From UHGV virus genome UHGV-1326493: DNA of 11,306 nt; one strand, 5' to 3'. The notes under the pieces were generated by a model. The model had not been told where the DNA came from, made no database searches, and saw nothing but the letters and a program-made list of their open reading frames with translations. Within the stretch, counting starts at the first letter, position 1. Each line of letters opens with the position of its first letter. Source of the DNA: a virus. Below, piece by piece: positions 6,527 to 11,306 of the stretch. Position numbers and translations under genes: made by a program.

Positions 6527-6811
6527 TTATTCATTGTCGATATTTACCTTTATCGCGAACACCTTTACCGGTTTATCGCTAAAGTGAGGATGTGTGATTG
6601 TCTTGATTTCATATCCGCCATACGGGACGTCTATTTTGCGACTGGAATCGTCGCGCTTCGGATATCCCCTTGTGATAATCAGGCGGTCATACTCCCGGAA
6701 CATAATTCGCTTATTCCAGTAGTTATTACACAGGCGATACTCTTCCGTTTTCTCGCCTGACTTCATCTGGTCGAAATATTCACCGTTAACTGCCAGTTGA
6801 AGGTTAGCCAC
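6527..6811 (-). CDS. hypothetical protein, possible ASCH/PUA-like beta-barrel (about 94 aa)
   Basis: GTG start (plus 6809-6811) with GGAGG 6 nt upstream; it overlaps the upstream stop as GTGGCTAA. Product ...AVNGEYFDQMKSGEKTEEYRLCNNYWNKRIMFREYDRLIITRGYPKRDD... resembles the EYF..v.sG.KT.E.R opening of ASCH-type domains (weak, from memory). The track's longer form 6527..6883 adds a hydrophobic leader overlapping the upstream gene in another frame. Confidence 0.5.
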   Translation of the reverse strand: MANLQLAVNGEYFDQMKSGEKTEEYRLCNNYWNKRIMFREYDRLIITRGYPKRDDSSRKIDVPYGGYEIKTITHPHFSDKPVKVFAIKVNIDNE

Positions 6812-7094
6812 GGTTAACCTCCAGTTGTGGTGCTGCCTCAAGAGCAGCCCTGTAACCAGCAGCATGACCGCGAAAGTTAGCAATTTCTGATAGCCACGCT
6901 TTAATCATGTCCTGAGTTGGTTCCTTCGGCACCATAACCCAACCATCCGGAGTTACCGGAGAGTTGCCAGCCTTGCGCATGGCAATCTCCACGATTTCAA
7001 CCATATCTCCTGGCGGAATTTTGCAATGCTGACCAAAGCGCCTCTGCTGTCTGGCATATTCGAGGATGTGCTCCAGCTTGGTACGATTAATCAT
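6804..7094 (-). CDS. hypothetical protein, 96 aa
   Basis: ATG at 7094 with AAGGGAGA upstream; ATGA start/stop overlap with the upstream gene. No recognisable domain. Confidence 0.6.
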   Translation of the reverse strand: MINRTKLEHILEYARQQRRFGQHCKIPPGDMVEIVEIAMRKAGNSPVTPDGWVMVPKEPTQDMIKAWLSEIANFRGHAAGYRAALEAAPQLEVNRG

Positions 7095-7474
7095 GATTTA
7101 TCTCCCTTAAGCATGGCGGCGCGGCAGGAGTTCCAGCCTCTCACCTCTGCAATAGCGGCAACAGCATCGACCGCGTACATTTTAAGAGGGTTAGGCATTG
7201 GTTTTTCTTCAGGTACTACTGGCACTGGAGGGGCGGCATAAACAGGAATAACGTCCGATTGATCTTTATTGCTTTCATCCGTTAAAGCCCAGAATAATTT
7301 CCCGGCCGGATGTTTGAAAATATAAGCAACTGGTTCTGCTTCCAGCGATGCCTGTGCGATACGAAACACATTGGCAAGCAGGCTGTCTGTAGATTGGTTA
7401 TCGTGCGCCGGGTCGCTCAGGAAACCAGTGATGAATGATTTAATTTCCGCGTTTTCTCTGGTAATAGTGGTCAT
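7091..7474 (-). CDS. hypothetical protein, 127 aa
   Basis: ATG at 7474 with AAGGA upstream; ATGA overlap with the upstream gene. No recognisable domain. Confidence 0.6.
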   Translation of the reverse strand: MTTITRENAEIKSFITGFLSDPAHDNQSTDSLLANVFRIAQASLEAEPVAYIFKHPAGKLFWALTDESNKDQSDVIPVYAAPPVPVVPEEKPMPNPLKMYAVDAVAAIAEVRGWNSCRAAMLKGDKS

Positions 7475-7680
7475 TTGTTAATCCTTAAAACTTTATGCCC
7501 TGGCGCAAAAGCACGTGTTTTGTCTTTGCTTATTCGCCAGCCATCCTTACGTGCCTCTTTTGCACAGCCAGCCCATGACGTACCGATATACTCACCGAAG
7601 TCTGGCGTTTGATATTTACCATTTGTACACTGGCGACAATCACAGTAGAGATGCATGGTGTAACTTGCGGCAATAGCCAT
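7471..7680 (-). CDS. small Cys-rich protein, putative zinc-ribbon (69 aa)
   Basis: Start chosen at the internal ATG (plus 7678-7680) because AAGGAGA lies 7 nt upstream; the track's longer form 7471..7788 has no such signal. Product MAIAASYTMHLYCDCRQCTNGKYQTPDFGEYIGTSWAGCAKEARKDGWR... has a C-x-C-x2-C ... C arrangement. Confidence 0.55.
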   Translation of the reverse strand: MAIAASYTMHLYCDCRQCTNGKYQTPDFGEYIGTSWAGCAKEARKDGWRISKDKTRAFAPGHKVLRINK

Positions 7681-7681
7681 A

Positions 7682-7873
7682 TCAGTCTCCTTTAGTGCGC
7701 AAGTGGTTTTTCCAGCGGTTTTGCGCCGCGCTGCCCTTATCTCGGACTCCCTCTCTGGCAATTCCAGAAAATGAAAACAACACCACACGACGATTGCTAA
7801 CTCTCAACCACTGGCTGGGATAGCAAAGTCTGTATACACGGGAGATAAGCATCTTAGCTTTACGGTTTTTCAT
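7682..7873 (-). CDS. small basic protein, 63 aa; paralogue of the adjacent 58-aa gene
   Basis: Starts MKNRKAK; ATGA overlap with the upstream paralogue. Its 5' end carries the 18-nt repeat GATGAAAAACCGTAAAGC (plus 7857-7874). Confidence 0.5.
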   Translation of the reverse strand: MKNRKAKMLISRVYRLCYPSQWLRVSNRRVVLFSFSGIAREGVRDKGSAAQNRWKNHLRTKGD

Positions 7874-8046
7874 CTTACTGCGTACCCTTTCTTCCGCCTG
7901 TTCTGTGACGCGCTAGGCTTACGCTTTGCGGCAAAAGCCACCTGACCAAATGGATGGAGTACCGCTATCTTATGGTTGCTGATAACCAGCTCCACCACAC
8001 GCACAGGTCGCTGTAAAAAAAGTCGTTTTGCTTTACGGTTTTTCAT
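7870..8046 (-). CDS. small basic protein, 58 aa; paralogue of the adjacent 63-aa gene
   Basis: Internal ATG (plus 8044-8046) preceded by AGGAGAG at 7-nt spacing; starts MKNRKAKRLFLQRPVRVV... The same 18-nt repeat lies at plus 8030-8047. The track's longer form 7870..8088 is unsupported. Confidence 0.5.
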   Translation of the reverse strand: MKNRKAKRLFLQRPVRVVELVISNHKIAVLHPFGQVAFAAKRKPSASQNRRKKGYAVR

Positions 8047-8896
8047 CGTTTTGCTCTCCTGCGTCTCCTTTGATGCGAATGCCAGCAAGCCAGTTTCTTA
8101 TGCCGATATATTCAGCGTTCCTGAAACCGCTTTTTACATATATAAATGGCAAGCGAAGATTGTGACCATTGGCTGCCAGGTAGTCTTTACAACCCTGTTC
8201 GGTGAAACAGCAGGTAACGAATTCATCAATATCTTTCACAGCAACGCGCCGCCATTTTTCTGGTGGCTCTCGAAAGTTTTCATGAAGTAGTTCGAGACGA
8301 CGACTTTGGCGTTTATTGGCTTCATTGCCATCTTCATCAACCCAGACAATCCGGTCATAGTCATAATCAGCATCAACAACAATTTCGCGCTTTTGATACA
8401 CACAAAACATAGGGTCTGACGTTATTCGATTATCCTGTGTTCGAATATTTTCACCGATGATGCCAAACGAATCTGGTGCAGATTTTGTCTGCAACTCTGC
8501 TATGCGCTTACTTCCATCCGAGATAACACCTTCGTAATACTCGCGCTGCTCGTTGAGTTTTGATTTTGTCTCCTCAAGCTCAACACGCAGCTTCCCTACC
8601 GTTAGCGCAATATCCTCGTTCTCCTGGTCACGGCGTTTTATGTATTGCTGGTTTCTTTCCCGTTCATCCAGCAGCGCCTGCACTACTTCAGGGTTGAAAG
8701 CTGCGATATAACGCGCGTTATTCTCTGCGTTTTCCTGTCCATCAAAGCCGGTCCATTTGATAACGTCTTCACATCGTTTATCACCTGGTGTATGCACCGC
8801 ATATGTACCAGTACCCGACGAAATAAATGCGACCCATTCGCCTTGTGTTGCCTGTTTTGCTATCTCACGCAGTGCCTGGTAATTAATTTCGCTCAC
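8033..8896 (-). CDS. Ea22-like early protein, 287 aa
   Basis: GTG start with GGAGG 6 nt upstream. MSEINYQALRE... and ...LDERERNQQYIKRRDQENEDIALTVGKLRVELEETKSKLNEQREYYEGVISDGSKRIAEL... and the ending GIRIKGD... match what I recall of lambda Ea22; the middle and C-terminal half differ. Confidence 0.7.
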   Translation of the reverse strand: MSEINYQALREIAKQATQGEWVAFISSGTGTYAVHTPGDKRCEDVIKWTGFDGQENAENNARYIAAFNPEVVQALLDERERNQQYIKRRDQENEDIALTVGKLRVELEETKSKLNEQREYYEGVISDGSKRIAELQTKSAPDSFGIIGENIRTQDNRITSDPMFCVYQKREIVVDADYDYDRIVWVDEDGNEANKRQSRRLELLHENFREPPEKWRRVAVKDIDEFVTCCFTEQGCKDYLAANGHNLRLPFIYVKSGFRNAEYIGIRNWLAGIRIKGDAGEQNDEKP

Positions 8897-9200
8897 TGGC
8901 TGCCTCCTTTGCTGGGCTTTCTAACTTCTGAGTGGTTGTATCAAACTCAAACAACTTAACCACGTCATCAAACAGGACATAATCGCCATCAGAATCTTCA
9001 GTCATGTCAGCGCCACAATCCTGACCGAACGAGTCACAACCATCCATATCAAGTTCGTATCGCTTGAGTTTTGCGATATTTGATAAATTCAGCGCCAGTA
9101 CAGCAAGGTCATAAACCTCATCAGCGGTATACCCGGCACCATGCCCATACATTTCAATGCGGGATATGATTTCTTCTACCCGTTGTTTTGTGATTGTCAT
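8883..9200 (-). CDS. hypothetical acidic protein, 105 aa
   Basis: ATG at 9200 in ATGA overlap with the upstream gene; its 3' end overlaps the Ea22-like start by 14 nt. Confidence 0.55.
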   Translation of the reverse strand: MTITKQRVEEIISRIEMYGHGAGYTADEVYDLAVLALNLSNIAKLKRYELDMDGCDSFGQDCGADMTEDSDGDYVLFDDVVKLFEFDTTTQKLESPAKEAASERN

Positions 9201-9658
9201 TTTTGCTCACCACTCTGTTCTTCCAGAAAAATACGCATAGCCTCAAGCATCTCTTCGGTGTCATACGGAGACAGCTTGTCACGCAGGATGTGTTCAATGC
9301 TGTTAATGAACTTGCGGATTGCTTTGCGTTCAATTTCAGCCAGGAAAGCATCGGTGGCTGGGGTTTCAGTAACATCATCTTCCCATTCGCTAAACTCCTC
9401 ACGACAAAAGTCATTAAATTCCTTCTCAGATTGCTTAAGCGAGGTATTTTCAGCAGCCATCTTCGCGCATTTAGCCTCAAGGTTATCAATCGTGATTCCA
9501 GCAGAACTACACTCCCGCAACGCCGTTTCCAGTTTTGATTCAAGTTCACCGAACTTACGGACAAGATATTCAGCGTTTGTTTCGTTAACCTTTAAATCTC
9601 GTGGGATGCATTTGCCTTTCAGAAAACCATCCATCTCAATTAGTGACATTTGTTTCAT
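9197..9658 (-). CDS. hypothetical acidic protein, 153 aa
   Basis: Start placed at ATG plus 9656-9658, which forms an ATGA overlap with the stop of the 54-aa ORF upstream. The track's GTG start at 9676 has no SD. Confidence 0.55.
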   Translation of the reverse strand: MKQMSLIEMDGFLKGKCIPRDLKVNETNAEYLVRKFGELESKLETALRECSSAGITIDNLEAKCAKMAAENTSLKQSEKEFNDFCREEFSEWEDDVTETPATDAFLAEIERKAIRKFINSIEHILRDKLSPYDTEEMLEAMRIFLEEQSGEQK

Positions 9659-9819
9659 TTCTTCCCACTCCGCCACATCGCATTCAGATATTTGTTTTGA
9701 TTTACTGATGGAAAAGAATTTCTCTTAAGCAATTCCTCTCTCGATGGCATTGGCTTTACGCGTTGGCGAATAATCATTTCTGCCGGAAGAATGCCGGGAT
9801 TGTATGCAAGTCCTCTCAT
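9655..9819 (-). CDS. hypothetical protein, 54 aa (not in the track; below its length cutoff)
   Basis: ATG at plus 9817-9819 overlaps the stop of the upstream gene (ATGA); GGAGAG 5 nt upstream; its own stop overlaps the next start (ATGA). Translation [54 protein letters not shown]. Confidence 0.45.
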   Translation of the reverse strand: MRGLAYNPGILPAEMIIRQRVKPMPSREELLKRNSFPSVNQNKYLNAMWRSGKK

Positions 9820-10106
9820 GATTTACTCTCCACTAACTGGTCAATAGCCATGCTAAGTGACATACCTAAAGTCTCGATATGCTGCTGAATATCCTGTAGC
9901 GTCTGCGCCTGAGATAACAGGATTTCACGGTTGCATAACTCTTTAACCAGATGCTCAAACTTGCTGTAATAACCGATACGGCTTAGTGTTTCTTTCCCTG
10001 CATTCTCGCCTTCTTTGATAATTCCTCTTTCACTAAGAATCAGGTCGTGTTTGGTTCCGGTAATAACGTATTTTCCGAGGTCGATGTTTAGCTTCATTGT
10101 TTTCAT
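9816..10106 (-). CDS. hypothetical protein, 96 aa
   Basis: Start chosen at ATG plus 10104-10106 ([17 protein letters not shown]...) with GAGGAA 6 nt upstream. The track's longer form to 10289 would overlap the upstream gene by about 170 nt. Confidence 0.5.
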   Translation of the reverse strand: MKTMKLNIDLGKYVITGTKHDLILSERGIIKEGENAGKETLSRIGYYSKFEHLVKELCNREILLSQAQTLQDIQQHIETLGMSLSMAIDQLVESKS

Positions 10107-10116
10107 TGTTAATTCC

Positions 10117-10413
10117 TCAGTCATTACTGATAGCGCCATAGCGTGAGCGGTAATTACGCAGGCGCGGGTCGATATATTCAGGGAAGTGGGTATATGTGGC
10201 TTTGCGGAATGGTCGGATTGATGTCTGGTAAATCCGCTCGCGCTCTTCTTTCTCTGCAAGCCATATACAGTGGCGAAATTCCTTTTCATCTTTCGTTTCC
10301 TGCGGTAGAGACATTATCTGGTCGTAGTTTTTCCTGAATTTATCCAGCACCTCCGATACGGAATTGCCGGAACAGCGGCGCGCGTCATCCGCACCATACA
10401 GAGGCGCTGGCAT
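10117..10413 (-). CDS. hypothetical protein, 98 aa
   Basis: ATG at 10413 with AGGAGA 5 nt upstream; 13 nt after the ssb stop. Confidence 0.6.
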   Translation of the reverse strand: MPAPLYGADDARRCSGNSVSEVLDKFRKNYDQIMSLPQETKDEKEFRHCIWLAEKEERERIYQTSIRPFRKATYTHFPEYIDPRLRNYRSRYGAISND

Positions 10414-10426
10414 GATTTTCTCCTGA

Positions 10427-10942
10427 TTAAATTGCGTGAATAGCGTGACGAGGGAAGGGGAGAGTTACTGGTGCAAAGGGTATATCGTCGTCAAAATCCA
10501 TAGGTGGTTCGCTGTGATTCCCCTGCTGCTGAGATTGCTGTTTTTGTTGCTTACCGTTATTTCGCTGAGGTGAAGACTGTTCATTGCCTCCTTGCTTGCC
10601 ACCAAGCATTTGCATGGTTCCACCAACTCCTACGATAACTTCGGTAGTGAACCGATCCTGTCCGCTTTGATCCTGCCATTTTCTTGTCCGCAATTTGCCT
10701 TCAAGATAAACCTCAGAGCCTTTTCGCAGATATTCGCTGGCAATTTCTGCCAGTTTCCCGCTCATTACCACGCGGTGCCACTCCGTCTGCTCCTTTTGCT
10801 CTCCAGTTTGCTTATCACGCCATTGCTCTGACGTAGCAACTGTAAGGTTTGCAAATGCCGTTCCTGATGGTGAATATCTGATTTCTGGATCATGCCCAAG
10901 GCGACCAATAATGATCACCTTATTTACGCCTCTGCTTGCCAT
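10427..10942 (-). CDS. ssb: single-stranded DNA-binding protein with a 15-residue extension beyond the canonical DDDIPF terminus
   Basis: [23 protein letters not shown]...[68 protein letters not shown]...[11 protein letters not shown] matches E. coli SSB ([23 protein letters not shown]...[52 protein letters not shown]...[11 protein letters not shown]). Here the frame continues [15 protein letters not shown] before TAA. Confidence 0.93.
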   Translation of the reverse strand: MASRGVNKVIIIGRLGHDPEIRYSPSGTAFANLTVATSEQWRDKQTGEQKEQTEWHRVVMSGKLAEIASEYLRKGSEVYLEGKLRTRKWQDQSGQDRFTTEVIVGVGGTMQMLGGKQGGNEQSSPQRNNGKQQKQQSQQQGNHSEPPMDFDDDIPFAPVTLPFPRHAIHAI

Positions 10943-11306
10943 TTATGCCGCCTGTTTTAGTTCGTTAACTCTGATGTTCATTACCTGAACGCATTTAGCC
11001 TGCGCCTCCTCGTTGCCAGCCATTAATTGCCAGTCACGCTGATAACGCTCGATGAGTTTTTTCTTATCAGTTTCTGTTGACGCATAATCGCTGAAGTCTT
11101 TCAGGATTTGCTCGCAGTCAACCGATGGAGATTTCTGGTTGGCATTTTCTGGTGATGGTTTGTTATATGATGCTGGGATTGCCCATCCCGGCAGCGATGG
11201 AGGGAGCCAGTAAAATCCTGTTCCATCCTTCAGTTTTGCCCCGTGCCATCCCTGCTTTTTATCGAGAGATGTTTGTGCGAAACCTTCCTCAAGGTTATAC
11301 AGATAC
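10943..11306 (-). CDS. 3' portion of a gene running off the window (5'-partial); possibly an ERF-family annealing protein
   Basis: Minus-strand frame is open from the window edge to TAA (plus 10943-10945), which abuts the ssb ATG. C-terminus reads ...SVDCEQILKDFSDYASTETDKKKLIERYQRDWQLMAGNEEAQAKCVQVMNIRVNELKQAA, which resembles my recollection of the P22 Erf C-terminal tail. The family call is weak; the CDS call rests on the long open frame and the coupling. Confidence 0.55.
   Translation of the reverse strand, partial: YLYNLEEGFAQTSLDKKQGWHGAKLKDGTGFYWLPPSLPGWAIPASYNKPSPENANQKSPSVDCEQILKDFSDYASTETDKKKLIERYQRDWQLMAGNEEAQAKCVQVMNIRVNELKQAA

Noticed and set aside
5549-6587. Plus-strand ORFs 5549..5755, 6116..6469, 6202..6387, 6384..6587 and minus ORF 6346..6534
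   Set aside because: Antisense to int/xis or out of frame with the coupled leftward operon; no RBS. The 55-aa frame at 6287..6454 fits the operon better than 6346..6534.
6515-10831. Plus-strand ORFs 6515..6760, 7026..7241, 7976..8290, 8645..8959, 9141..9728, 9194..9538, 10143..10337, 10592..10831 and minus ORF 9154..9564
   Set aside because: All are antisense to or frame-shifted copies of the minus-strand operon genes, which carry SD sequences and start/stop coupling; several are Arg/Ser-rich low-complexity translations.
1-11306. Prophage-host junction (attL/attR) or host flanking genes
   Set aside because: Both P and P' arms surround the core, so attP is unrecombined; no host-like sequence is adjacent.
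1-11306. CRISPR array, tRNA/rRNA genes, IS elements or transposase
   Set aside because: No regularly spaced direct repeats, no tRNA-like structures noticed, and no transposase-like ORF or terminal inverted repeats; the only short repeats are the two 18-mers at 7857-7874 and 8030-8047.

Overview
This window is a mosaic temperate-phage segment, read from sequence and memory only (no searches were run). Left third (1-4600) is a P22-like immI/tailspike region: a 5'-truncated Panacea (DUF4065)-domain gene with a coupled small partner gene, an Mnt-type repressor on the minus strand, a ~910-aa tailspike (P22-type head-binding N-terminus, different receptor-binding body, C-terminal auto-cleaving chaperone-like domain), and a small membrane-protein ORF. 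Centre (4600-6300) is a lambda-type integration cassette: sib/tI, a complete attP (core GCTTTTTTATACTAA at 4893-4907), int and xis. Right half (6290-11306) is a leftward-transcribed early accessory operon of tightly coupled small genes ending in ssb and the 3' end of a gene that runs off the window; it includes two ORFs under 60 aa that the track omits. No rRNA, tRNA, CRISPR array or IS element was seen. Because both arms of attP are phage DNA, this is a phage or excised form, not a prophage-host junction. The best candidate for an undescribed system is the Panacea-domain gene plus its coupled partner at 1-786; secondary candidates are the membrane ORF between tailspike and attP, the SSB with a C-terminal extension, and the tandem small basic genes.
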